In this document: positions 19,301-28,414 of the stretch, piece after piece | How the letters are laid out: each line of letters begins with the position of its first letter | How positions within the stretch are numbered: the first letter of the stretch is position 1 | NCBI GenBank assembly: GCA_043821285.1 | Contig: JBDRCZ010000043.1 | Coordinates: 2,903 to 66,902 of the forward strand | Source of the DNA: Candidatus Omnitrophota bacterium | GTDB taxonomy: Bacteria > Omnitrophota > Gorgyraeia > B26-G9 > JBDRCZ01 | Length of the DNA stretch: 64,000 bases | Direction of reading: 5' to 3' | The notes under the pieces: generated by a model | Database searches by the model: none | Told to the model about the DNA's origin: nothing | Seen by the model: the letters and a program-made list of their open reading frames with translations, nothing else | Position numbers and translations under genes: made by a program

Positions 19301-19384
19301 TCGAAGATCCGCCGGTATTGTGGTGGACGGGCTTCCTAACCCTTACCGAAACTACGAAGTGGTACAGGCGGGAATTAAACAATC

Positions 19385-20056
19385 ATGCTCAAAGGAAAAA
19401 TTTCCGAGATTTTCTATTCTGTTCAGGGAGAAGGCAAGTTTGTTGGCGTGCCGCAGGCATTTGTGCGGTTTTATGGGTGCAATATTAAGTGCCGGTTTTG
19501 TGATACAGTGTTAACTAATCATTTTGAGCTGACAAAAGAAGAGGTGGTAAAAAAGGTAATAAACATGCAGCCGTTTCATTCGGTAGCGATTACCGGTGGT
19601 GAGCCTTTAATCCAGTTTGAATTTTTGAAAAGATTGCTGCTTGGTTTTAAAAAAAACGGGTTTTGTTGCTATTTGGAAACAAATGGGTTATTATATAATA
19701 AACTTGCTGATGTTCTACCATGGGTAGATATAATTGCCATGGATATTAAACTGCCGTACACTGCAAAAGCCGGCAGGTTTTGGACCGAGCATAAAAATTT
19801 TCTGCAGATTGCAAAGAAAAAAGATGTATTTGTTAAAATTGTTATTGATAAAAATACAAAAAAAGGCGAGTTAATCGAAGCAGTAAAACTAGTCGCAAAT
19901 GTTGATAAAAAAATGACGGTTATTTTACAGCCGGAGAGCAGAAGCTTTTCCAGAGAGTTGTTCAGGAGTGTTTATCGTTTCCAAAAGATACTCTTGGAGT
20001 ATTTGAAAGATGTCCGGGTTATTCCACAGATGCACAAGTTAGTTTCTATTAGATAA
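19385..20056 (+). CDS. queE: 7-carboxy-7-deazaguanine synthase (radical SAM)
   Basis: It has the CxxxCxxC-type cluster motif (GCNIKCRFCDT) and the expected size. Confidence 0.9.
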   Translation: MLKGKISEIFYSVQGEGKFVGVPQAFVRFYGCNIKCRFCDTVLTNHFELTKEEVVKKVINMQPFHSVAITGGEPLIQFEFLKRLLLGFKKNGFCCYLETNGLLYNKLADVLPWVDIIAMDIKLPYTAKAGRFWTEHKNFLQIAKKKDVFVKIVIDKNTKKGELIEAVKLVANVDKKMTVILQPESRSFSRELFRSVYRFQKILLEYLKDVRVIPQMHKLVSIR

Positions 20057-20081
20057 GTAGTATTGTTTATGCAGGCTAAAT

Positions 20082-20501
20082 ATGGCAAAAAAAAATAATA
20101 AATCTGAATGTTCCTATGAAGGACTACAGCACAATGTAAGAGTGCTGAAAACTCCACTGATAGAGGTCTGGATGAATAAATATCCTGACCGGCAATATAC
20201 GGTGCGTATTGAGACAAATGAGTTTACCTGTATTTGCCCAAAGACCGGACTTCCTGATTTTGCTACGATTGTCATTGAATATGTTCCGGCAAAATGGTGC
20301 GTAGAGCTTAAATCTTTTAAAGAGTATCTGATGTTTTACCGAAATACCGGCATTTTTCACGAACATGTGATTAATAAAATTTTAGATGATTTTGTAAAAT
20401 ATTGTAAGCCGAAGCAGGTAAATATGAAAGGGGTGTTTAATGCCAGGGGCGGCATTCAGACGACTGTGTTGCGGGAGTATAAGTCAACTTCAAATGTCTA
20501 A
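20082..20501 (+). CDS. queF: NADPH-dependent 7-cyano-7-deazaguanine reductase (YkvM type)
   Basis: It has the motifs CPKTGLPDFA and ELKSFKEYL. Confidence 0.85.
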   Translation: MAKKNNKSECSYEGLQHNVRVLKTPLIEVWMNKYPDRQYTVRIETNEFTCICPKTGLPDFATIVIEYVPAKWCVELKSFKEYLMFYRNTGIFHEHVINKILDDFVKYCKPKQVNMKGVFNARGGIQTTVLREYKSTSNV

Positions 20502-20560
20502 TGACGAAGTAAAAAATATTTGAATTTTAATATGTCATTTTAATTTTTGGATTAAATTAT

Positions 20561-21409
20561 ATGAGCATGCGTGAAATTTCGACTAATAAAATAACACAGG
20601 TTATTGCAACACTCTGTATAAAGGCTAATACGAAACTTCCTGCGCAGATTGTAAAAATGCTCAAATATGCCCGGGATTCTGAAAGGCAGAAATTGCCGCG
20701 GGATATTTTGTCAGCTTTACTGCAAAATGCCCAGATTGCTGAAAAAGGAAATATTCCTATCTGTCAGGATACGGGAATGACGGTAGTGTTTGTTGAGATC
20801 GGGCAGGAGGTTAGAATTACCGGCGGAACGTTAAAGCAGGCAATAACCCGTGGAGTAAGAAAAGGCTATCAACAAGGTTATTTGAGAAAATCAGTGGTAC
20901 GAGATCCGCTTTTTCGGAAAAACACACAGGATAATACGCCGCCGGTTATGCATATTGATCTTGTTTCCGGAGACAGATTGAAATTAACCGTGATGCCCAA
21001 AGGATTTGGCTGTGAGAATAAAAGCTGGGTGGGAATGCTAAGTCCTACGGCTTCAGTCGATGAGATAATTGGTGTGGTTCGTGATGCCGTTAAGAATGCC
21101 GGCGCGGATGCCTGTCCACCGTATTTTATTGGGGTAGGTATTGGCGGGACCCATGATAAGGCGGTGCTCCTTGCTAAAGAGGCACTGATAATGATTGCCC
21201 ATAAAAAGAAAGGCGCTTCGGGTAATGCCTCACTGGAAAATAAGATGTTAAAAGAAATAAACAATTTAAAAATCGGCCCAATGGGGCTAAGAGGAAAAAA
21301 TACTGCTTTAGCTCTGCAAATAAAAACTTTTCCAACGCACATTGCCGGATTACCGGTAGCCGTAAATATCAGCTGTCACGCTTTGCGCCTGGCGAGTCAA
21401 GTGCTATGA
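20561..21409 (+). CDS. Fe-S hydro-lyase (class I fumarate hydratase / L(+)-tartrate dehydratase), alpha subunit
   Basis: It has the CQDTGM motif and is homologous to the FumA N-terminal / TtdA family. Confidence 0.8.
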   Translation: MSMREISTNKITQVIATLCIKANTKLPAQIVKMLKYARDSERQKLPRDILSALLQNAQIAEKGNIPICQDTGMTVVFVEIGQEVRITGGTLKQAITRGVRKGYQQGYLRKSVVRDPLFRKNTQDNTPPVMHIDLVSGDRLKLTVMPKGFGCENKSWVGMLSPTASVDEIIGVVRDAVKNAGADACPPYFIGVGIGGTHDKAVLLAKEALIMIAHKKKGASGNASLENKMLKEINNLKIGPMGLRGKNTALALQIKTFPTHIAGLPVAVNISCHALRLASQVL

Positions 21410-21936
21410 AAGAAATAGTAACTCCATTGACAAGTAATATTATTGAAAGATTAAAAGTCGGACAAAAAGTGTCACTTTCCGGCATTATTTATACGGCCCG
21501 CGATGCTGCGCATAAGCGCTTGTATTCGGCTTTAAAAAGTCGTCATGTTTTGCCACTCGATTTAACCGGGCAGGTCATCTTTTATTGCGGTCCTACTCCG
21601 GCACCTCCCGGCAAGGTAATTGGTGCCTGTGGGCCAACAACTTCGTCGAGAATGGATAAATTTACGCCTTTATTATTAGCACATGGATTAAAAGGAATGA
21701 TTGGTAAAGGTGAACGCAGCTGCGAGGTTAAAACAGCAATCAGAAAAAACAATGCCGTGTATTTTTTAGCGGTTGGCGGAGCAGCGGCACTTTTGTCACA
21801 GTATGTCAAAGAGGCGTTTATGTACATATATTTAGATTTAGGACCAGAGGCTATTTACCAATTAAAGGTGGAAAAATTCCCTTTAATCGTAGGGATTGAC
21901 TCCACCGGAAGGAGTATATATGATAAGGGCGAATAA
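21406..21936 (+). CDS. Fe-S hydro-lyase, beta subunit
   Basis: It overlaps the alpha gene and has FumA C-terminal / TtdB-like size and motifs. Confidence 0.75.
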   Translation: MKEIVTPLTSNIIERLKVGQKVSLSGIIYTARDAAHKRLYSALKSRHVLPLDLTGQVIFYCGPTPAPPGKVIGACGPTTSSRMDKFTPLLLAHGLKGMIGKGERSCEVKTAIRKNNAVYFLAVGGAAALLSQYVKEAFMYIYLDLGPEAIYQLKVEKFPLIVGIDSTGRSIYDKGE

Positions 21937-22654
21937 CCGGGCAAATGATAAGATCCGTAATGCGAAAATCGTGCCTGATTTTATTAAATTTCCCGAAGGG
22001 GCGTGTTTGTTCGAGCTGGGGAATACTAAAATTGTTTGCACCGCTTCCTGTGAGGAAAAGGTCCCGCAGTTTTTAAAAAATACCGGCTCGGGCTGGATTA
22101 CCGCAGAATATGGAATGTTACCACGCTCATGTCCAACAAGAGTTATCCGGGAGTCTACGGCCGGGAAAGTAGGCGGCCGAACACATGAAATTCAACGTTT
22201 GATTGGACGGTCACTGCGTTCGGTAGTAAATTTAAATATGCTTGGGGAGCGGACAATTTGGATCGATTGTGATGTTTTGCAGGCGGATGGTGGAACGCGA
22301 ACGGCGGCAATAAGCGGTAGTTTTGTTGCACTGATCATTGCCCTGAATAAGTTGAAAAAAAGTGCAATTATTAATTCGATTCCGGTATCACATTATCTTG
22401 CCGCGATAAGTGTCGGAATAATTAATAAGATAAGCATGCTGGATCTTTCCTATGATGAAGATTCACACGCGGATGTGGATATGAATATTGTTATGGATTC
22501 TGAAGAAAGGCTGATTGAAATTCAAGGTACAGCTGAGCATGAACCATTTAACTTGAAACAGCTCGATGAACTTATTTTGTTGGCTAAAGCGGGAGTCAGC
22601 GAGATTGTTTCTCTGCAAAAAAAGATATTAGAAGGGATGGGGATCGTGTTATGA
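21920..22654 (+). CDS. rph: Ribonuclease PH
   Basis: It has RNase PH motifs (CTAS...GGRTHEIQRLIGRSLR...DGGTRTA). The start is at the internal ATG after the RBS GGAAGGAG. Confidence 0.9.
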   Translation: MIRANNRANDKIRNAKIVPDFIKFPEGACLFELGNTKIVCTASCEEKVPQFLKNTGSGWITAEYGMLPRSCPTRVIRESTAGKVGGRTHEIQRLIGRSLRSVVNLNMLGERTIWIDCDVLQADGGTRTAAISGSFVALIIALNKLKKSAIINSIPVSHYLAAISVGIINKISMLDLSYDEDSHADVDMNIVMDSEERLIEIQGTAEHEPFNLKQLDELILLAKAGVSEIVSLQKKILEGMGIVL

Positions 22655-23283
22655 AAAGAGAAATTATTATTGCCACGCAAAACCCAAAAAAAGCAAAAGA
22701 ATTAAAAGAACTTTTGACCGAGTTAGAGGTAACCGTAACAACACTCAAGGATTATGATCTAAATTTTCACATTGTTGAAGATGGGAAGACACTTAAAGGG
22801 AATGCGATTAAAAAAGCAGTAACCTGTGCCCGTTATGTAAATAAATTGACGATTGCTGATGATTCCGGGCTAATTGTTAAAAAATTAGGCGGAAAACCCG
22901 GGATATTTTCATCACGTTTTGCCGGAGAGCAAGGAAATGATCGTAAAAACATTACCAAACTTCTGCGTTTGATGCAGGGTTTTAAAGGTAAAGAGAGAGA
23001 GGCGTGCTTTGTGTGTTTTATTGCCATTGCTGTTCCTGAAGGGGTGATTAAAATCGTAAGCGGAACCTGCCGGGGGGTCATTTCACAGAAAAGACGCGGC
23101 CGGGGGGGATTTGGATATGATCCCGTATTTTATCTGTCAAAGTTTAAAAAGACATTTGCCGAGCTTGCCCCTGAGGTAAAAAATAAAATAAGCCATCGGG
23201 GAAAAGCGCTATCTAAGGCAAAAAAGGAACTTAAAATTATTTTAGATAATAAGCTCCCCGGGATAATTTTTGAAAAAGATTAA
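22651..23283 (+). CDS. rdgB: Non-canonical purine NTP pyrophosphatase (dITP/XTP, RdgB/Ham1)
   Basis: It has Ham1-family motifs (IIIATQNPKK...SHRGKAL). Confidence 0.9.
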   Translation: MKREIIIATQNPKKAKELKELLTELEVTVTTLKDYDLNFHIVEDGKTLKGNAIKKAVTCARYVNKLTIADDSGLIVKKLGGKPGIFSSRFAGEQGNDRKNITKLLRLMQGFKGKEREACFVCFIAIAVPEGVIKIVSGTCRGVISQKRRGRGGFGYDPVFYLSKFKKTFAELAPEVKNKISHRGKALSKAKKELKIILDNKLPGIIFEKD

Positions 23284-23420
23284 ACTTGGGTATTCCCTGT
23301 GGTTTACAAGAGGATAAAAGCTTTTGTTTTTTTGCATCCGCCTTGGCGGATGACCGGAAAATGATTGCATTTTCCGTGTATAAAGATATCCTGCAAGCAG
23401 GCTTGCGGGGGAGATTCATT

Positions 23421-25211
23421 ATGCATACTTATTTTAAATTAATGCGTTTTATAAAACCGCATGCGGTAATTTTCATTCTCGCAATTATCTGTATGATAAT
23501 TTCAACGATTTTTAACTGTGTGTCACTGGGTATGATTGTCCCCTTGAGTGACCGGGTATTGCGGGATGGACAAATTATTGTAAAAAACAATCTGCCTTTA
23601 CAAATTCAGCAGTTTATCGACATATTAAATGCTATTCCCCAGTTGAGGCTTTTAAATATTTTAGCCGGGAGTATTTTGGTTGTGTTTATCTTGAAAGGAT
23701 TGACATTATTTTTACAGTCTTATCTGATGAATGATGTCAGCCAACGGGTAATTCGTGATATTCGTAATGTGCTTTATCGAAAAGTACATTCGCTATCCAT
23801 GGATTATTTTGCCCAGACACATACCGGACAGCTGGTTTCAAGAATTACCTTTGACGTCACGATTATTCAGGATTCGATGGCCCAGGGCATTGCCGATCTT
23901 ATTTATCAATCTTTGCAGGTTGCAGCATTCGCAATAATGGTATTTTTTATTCACTGGCAAATGGCGGCAGTAGCAGTGCTGATTATTCCAATTGTTATTT
24001 TACCAATTGTTAAAATCGGAAGAAAAATACGTAAAATTAGCACTAATGCCCAGGAAAAAATGGCACAAATTAACAAAACACTTTATGAGACAATATCCGG
24101 GGCGCGTATCGTTAAGGCGTTTTCGATGGAAGAGAAGGAAATTAAAAAATTTGAAAGTCAAAACCGCGACTTTTATAAGATGATCATGCGTATTTATAAA
24201 CGCGCGGTAGCGCTGAGCCCGTTTACGGAATTTGTTGGGGTTTGTGGTGGTGTTTTTGTGCTCTATTACGGCGGCCGTGAGGTGATAAAAAATAACCTAT
24301 CATTTGGAATTTTTATTTTGTTTTTGGGGACATTGCTTTCATTAGTTCGGCCGATTAAGCGTCTTAGTGCGGTTAATGTGATAAATCAGCAGGCAATTGC
24401 GGCCGGGACGCGTATTTTTGAACTTTTAGAAACAACGCCAACGGTAAAAGAAGATCGACATGCGGTCATTTTACCGATAATTAAACGACAGATTGTATTT
24501 AAAAATGTTTATTCTGGTTATGATGACCGAGATGTACTTAAAGGAATCAATCTAAAAGTAAACAAAGGCGAAATTATTGCAATTGTCGGCCCCAGCGGCG
24601 TGGGAAAAACCACCTTGGTCAATTTAATCCCACGGTTTTATGATCCAACACAAGGACAGATTTTTATTGATGAATATGATATAAAGCAGGTGACATTCCG
24701 CTCCTTGCGCGAGCAGATAGGGATTGTTACCCAGGATATAATACTATTTAATGATACGGTTAGGGAGAATATTGCATATGGTTCTTTGAATGCAGCACCT
24801 AATGAGATAATTAACGCGGCAAAAATAGCTAATGCGCACCAATTTATCATTGAAATACGTGATGGTTATGATGCAATAATTGGGGATCAAGGGATTAAGT
24901 TATCGGGTGGACAAAGACAGCGGCTGGCGATTGCCAGGGCGGTCGTGAAAAATCCACCAATATTAATTCTTGATGAGGCCACTTCACAGCTTGATACAGA
25001 ATCAGAATGCTTAGTACAGCAGGCATTAGATAGACTGATGGAGCATCGGACCGTATTTGTTATTGCACACCGCTTAACGACAGTACGCCGCGCGGATAAA
25101 ATTGTTGTAATTGATGAAGGAAAAATTTCCGCAATGGGCACGCATGCACAACTGATGGGAATAAGTCCTTTATATAAAAAGCTATATGATATGCAGTTTG
25201 TTGAGTTATAA
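23421..25211 (+). CDS. ABC exporter, fused permease and ATPase (MsbA-like lipid exporter)
   Basis: It has a 6-TM domain, Walker A (GPSGVGKTT), the signature LSGGQRQR and Walker B (ILILDEAT). The likely start is the ATG at 23421 after GGGGGAG, whereas the track ORF starts at 23286. Confidence 0.85.
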   Translation: MHTYFKLMRFIKPHAVIFILAIICMIISTIFNCVSLGMIVPLSDRVLRDGQIIVKNNLPLQIQQFIDILNAIPQLRLLNILAGSILVVFILKGLTLFLQSYLMNDVSQRVIRDIRNVLYRKVHSLSMDYFAQTHTGQLVSRITFDVTIIQDSMAQGIADLIYQSLQVAAFAIMVFFIHWQMAAVAVLIIPIVILPIVKIGRKIRKISTNAQEKMAQINKTLYETISGARIVKAFSMEEKEIKKFESQNRDFYKMIMRIYKRAVALSPFTEFVGVCGGVFVLYYGGREVIKNNLSFGIFILFLGTLLSLVRPIKRLSAVNVINQQAIAAGTRIFELLETTPTVKEDRHAVILPIIKRQIVFKNVYSGYDDRDVLKGINLKVNKGEIIAIVGPSGVGKTTLVNLIPRFYDPTQGQIFIDEYDIKQVTFRSLREQIGIVTQDIILFNDTVRENIAYGSLNAAPNEIINAAKIANAHQFIIEIRDGYDAIIGDQGIKLSGGQRQRLAIARAVVKNPPILILDEATSQLDTESECLVQQALDRLMEHRTVFVIAHRLTTVRRADKIVVIDEGKISAMGTHAQLMGISPLYKKLYDMQFVEL

Positions 25212-25291
25212 TCGAAAAATGTTTTACATTTTTTGTCCTTTTAGTCATCATTTGATATAATGCCAGTACTATTTAACCCGGAACATTCATT

Positions 25292-26269
25292 ATGAAAAAA
25301 AGTAAAGTTTTCCCGATTATTAAACTATTTATTAGTACAGGGTTAATTACAGTATTAATTATAATGATGCGCACAAAGCTGGGGCAAATTTTTATAACCC
25401 TTAAGACTGCAAATATTATATTGCTTATCGCAGGATATATACTATATGCCGTAGGTACAATTAGCCTATGTTCGATGCGTCTTAAATGGATTTTTTTTGT
25501 GCACGGGATTAGTTTAACGCTTTGGCAGGTAATTGGCATGGTTTATATTGGGCAGTTTTTTAATAATTTTATGCCGTCGACAATTGGCGGAGATGTTTAT
25601 AAAATTTATATTGCCGCACGTCATTCTCCGAAGATGATGAATGCCGTGTCTGCGGTTGCGATTGATAGATTAATTGGATTATTTTCCATGGTTCTGCTGG
25701 CAGTTTTTGCTCTGTTCTGCGGGGTAAAGCATATCGAAAACCAAGCCGTAATTTTGGTCATTGGAGGTTTGTTTGCGGCATCACTTATCTTTTTTATTTT
25801 TTTATATACAAAGAAATTAGCAAAAAAATTCAGTTTTTTATTAAAAATATTTCGTCCGCTGCATTTGGACCAAAAAATAAAAGATTTTTATCACCTGGCC
25901 TATGAGTTCAAAATACACAGAAAGCTAATAATTGATAGTATTGCTGTTTCAATAATATTGCAGTTACTGTCTATTGGGATGGTATACATGTTTGCATTAA
26001 GTATTGGCATCAACCTTTCGTTTAAAATTTTTATTTTACTTATGCCGGTAATTATGGTTGTCAGTCAATTACCTTCATTAAACGGCTTGGGTATCCGTGA
26101 AGGGGCATTTGTATATTTTTTCAAGCCATTTATCTATCCAGAGTCTGCCCTGGCGCTTTCACTGTTGTTCCTTGGGGCAATGATGTTTTCAAGTATTATT
26201 GGTGGAGTAGTCTATGCGCTGACAGGCCAGGTGAACACAGAAGAGATAAAAAAGTATAGCCAACAATAA
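25292..26269 (+). CDS. Polytopic membrane protein of the lysylphosphatidylglycerol-synthase-TM / flippase-like family
   Basis: It has 8 or more transmembrane segments and the motif FFNNFMPSTIGGDVYK, which is typical of PF03706. Confidence 0.45.
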   Translation: MKKSKVFPIIKLFISTGLITVLIIMMRTKLGQIFITLKTANIILLIAGYILYAVGTISLCSMRLKWIFFVHGISLTLWQVIGMVYIGQFFNNFMPSTIGGDVYKIYIAARHSPKMMNAVSAVAIDRLIGLFSMVLLAVFALFCGVKHIENQAVILVIGGLFAASLIFFIFLYTKKLAKKFSFLLKIFRPLHLDQKIKDFYHLAYEFKIHRKLIIDSIAVSIILQLLSIGMVYMFALSIGINLSFKIFILLMPVIMVVSQLPSLNGLGIREGAFVYFFKPFIYPESALALSLLFLGAMMFSSIIGGVVYALTGQVNTEEIKKYSQQ

Positions 26270-26360
26270 TTACTTTCCGAGAATTAACTAATCTTAGCTT
26301 CATATTGAAATGATAAATTTTTTATATCTACCAGCTTTTGAATCCCTTTTTACAAAGAAA

Positions 26361-26389
26361 TTGACAAACAACACAAAATATGATATAAT
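26361..26389 (+). promoter_or_regulatory. Consensus sigma-70 promoter (TTGACA, 17-bp spacer, TATAAT)
   Basis: The hexamers are exact consensus, read directly. Confidence 0.6.
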
Positions 26390-26392
26390 TAT

Positions 26393-26426
26393 TATAGAAC
26401 GTTTAGAATATATTGAACGTTCTATA
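26393..26426. promoter_or_regulatory. Perfect 11-bp inverted repeat operator (tatagaacgtt, 12-bp spacer, aacgttctata) immediately downstream of the -10
   Basis: Seen in the sequence. It is positioned as an autoregulatory operator for the downstream regulator gene. Confidence 0.55.
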
Positions 26427-26602
26427 GAAGATATTGTCTTACAATTTACGTGGCTTGAAATAGGTAAATTGCCTGCTCATTCAAGGAATAAACTTAATAT
26501 TCGCATAATAATCTGGCGGAGTAAATTCGCAGCCGGATGTTATCTTACAAGTTACGGGGCGTATACTCTGTAACTTGATCGTATATTTAATTTAAGGAGT
26601 TG

Positions 26603-27112
26603 ATGATAGTGGGTGATCAGTTAATTGAATTGATGGATAAATTAGTAGCAGATATAGGTAATTTTGCTGCAACTTTGGGGATAAGCCGAGCCGCGGGCCA
26701 GCTTTACATATTGCTGTTCTTGAGCGCTAAACCGGTATCATTAGATGAAATGGGAAAACGGCTCAAAATCAGCAAGGGACATGTGAGCACAAATATCCGT
26801 GCACTTGAACGCTGGCAAGCAGTGCGCAAGGTCTGGGTAAGGGGGTCACGCAAAGATTATTATGAAGCAAACACAAATACGATATCTGTCATTACCAATC
26901 AACTAAAGTTAGGGCTTCAACAGCGGTTGGCTGAGTTAGATAAAATAATTCTCAGGGCTAAAGAAAACATACAGCAAACGGATCAAGATAAATCTAAAAC
27001 TACCCGTGACCAAATCAAAAATTTGCGAAATAAGCTTAAAAAAATAGAAAAGATGTATAAAAAAGCAGAATATTTACTCACGAAAGTAAACTTTTTAATG
27101 CTTTTGGCATAA
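26603..27112 (+). CDS. MarR/GbsR-like winged-helix transcriptional regulator
   Basis: It has a wHTH region (VSLDEMGKRLKISKGHVSTNIRALERWQAVRKV) followed by a coiled-coil tail. Confidence 0.55.
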   Translation: MIVGDQLIELMDKLVADIGNFAATLGISRAAGQLYILLFLSAKPVSLDEMGKRLKISKGHVSTNIRALERWQAVRKVWVRGSRKDYYEANTNTISVITNQLKLGLQQRLAELDKIILRAKENIQQTDQDKSKTTRDQIKNLRNKLKKIEKMYKKAEYLLTKVNFLMLLA

Positions 27113-27124
27113 GCGGTAAAAATT

Positions 27125-27988
27125 ATGAATAAAAAATCTGAAATTATTACTACATATGAACCGGATAATTCCTTAAAAAATGGCTATCTGGCAATATTTA
27201 AACAAATATTTTTCGAAATCATTAAAAACAGATGGTTAACTTACCAATTATTTAAGCGAGATTTTTTAACGCTTTATAAACAATCTTTTGTAGGAATCGT
27301 ATGGGTGTTTATTGTTCCATTGGTTAGTGTAGGGACTTTTATGGTGTTAAACCGGTCCGGTATTTTTACCGTTGGTAAGATTAATGTGCCTTACCCGGTA
27401 TATGCGATATTAGGCATTGCGTTTTGGCAATTGTTTGCCACCGGTTTGACCGCAACATCTAATTCTATGGTCAATGCTGGAGCAATGATCGTAAAGATTA
27501 ATTTTTCTAAAAAATCACTGGTTTTTGCCTCATTTGGACGGGCAATTATATCTTTTTTAATACAGATTGCTTTACTAAGCCTCTTGTTTGTTTATTACCG
27601 GATTAGACCAAGCATTGCGATCCTAATTCTGCCGCTGTTGATTATACCAATGATGTTACTTTCAATTGGACTCGGATTTATCGTTTCACTTTTAAATGGC
27701 GTAATCAGAGACTTAGGAACAATGCTTCCCATCCTCTTGACGTTCTTTATGTTTTTAACACCGGTCTTATATGCCAAACCGACAACCGGAATGCTCTGTT
27801 ATATTACTAATTATAATATTTTATATTATTTAGTTTCCGTTCCGAGAAATATTTTATTAACCGGTGTGGTGAATTCGAACTCCGACTGGAATGGATTTTT
27901 TATATCCGCGATTATATCGTTTGTCGTCTTTGTAATCTGCCTGGTTATATTTCACCTCACTGAAACACGGGTGGCGGAGAGGATATAA
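27125..27988 (+). CDS. ABC-2 type polysaccharide/teichoic-acid export permease (Wzm/TagG-like)
   Basis: It has 6 transmembrane segments and ABC-2 architecture, and is followed by a Wzt-like ATPase. Confidence 0.75.
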   Translation: MNKKSEIITTYEPDNSLKNGYLAIFKQIFFEIIKNRWLTYQLFKRDFLTLYKQSFVGIVWVFIVPLVSVGTFMVLNRSGIFTVGKINVPYPVYAILGIAFWQLFATGLTATSNSMVNAGAMIVKINFSKKSLVFASFGRAIISFLIQIALLSLLFVYYRIRPSIAILILPLLIIPMMLLSIGLGFIVSLLNGVIRDLGTMLPILLTFFMFLTPVLYAKPTTGMLCYITNYNILYYLVSVPRNILLTGVVNSNSDWNGFFISAIISFVVFVICLVIFHLTETRVAERI

Positions 27989-28046
27989 AATGGTTGAACG
28001 GAAAGTGTGGACTATGGATTGAATGGGGGGACGGTTGAATGGAGAT

Positions 28047-28414
28047 GATGTATTTGTTTCCTTTTAAAAAATTGGAAGTTTGGCGATTGGCTGTAAAATT
28101 AGTTAAGAAGATTTATAGTACGACTAAACGTTTCCCAAAGGAAGAATAATATGGACTAATTAGTCAGTTAAACCAAACTTCTGTTTCTGTAGCTTCTAAT
28201 TTAGCTGAAGGTAGTTCACGAATTAGCAAGAAAGACCAAGCCTATTTTTCACAACTTGCATATAGTTCGCTCATGGAAGTTATTTGTCAAATAAACATTG
28301 CTTAGGAGTTAGGATTTATAACGAGAGATAATTATAAGTATTTGCGAGAAGGAATCAGGATATTATCAAATAAAATCAATTCCTTGAGACACTTTCAAAG
28401 GAAAGGCATACAAT
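28047..28414 (+). pseudogene. Four-helix-bundle protein (23S rRNA intervening-sequence protein family) disrupted by two in-frame stops
   Basis: A single frame reads MMYLFPFKKLEVWRLAVKLVKKIYSTTKRFPKEE*YGLISQLNQTSVSVASNLAEGSSRISKKDQAYFSQLAYSSLMEVICQINIA*ELGFI..., which matches the TIGR02436 consensus but carries in-frame TAA and TAG codons. Confidence 0.65.

Noticed and set aside
19300-19384. preQ1-I riboswitch upstream of queE
   Set aside because: The expected operon context is present, but I could not match the short hairpin plus A-rich tail consensus by eye. It needs a covariance-model scan.
23286-23420. 45-residue N-terminal extension of the ABC exporter, and a hairpin (catccgcc-ttg-gcggatg) as a terminator
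   Set aside because: The ATG at 23421 follows GGGGGAG and gives a typical exporter N-terminus. The hairpin is preceded, not followed, by the T-run, so it is not a canonical terminator in either orientation.
26310-26573. 87-aa ORF
   Set aside because: It lies across the consensus promoter and palindromic operator. It is better explained as regulatory DNA.
28047-28414. Stop-codon recoding (TAA/TAG read through) in the four-helix-bundle gene
   Set aside because: All surrounding genes terminate normally with TAA, TAG and TGA, so a pseudogene is the simpler explanation.
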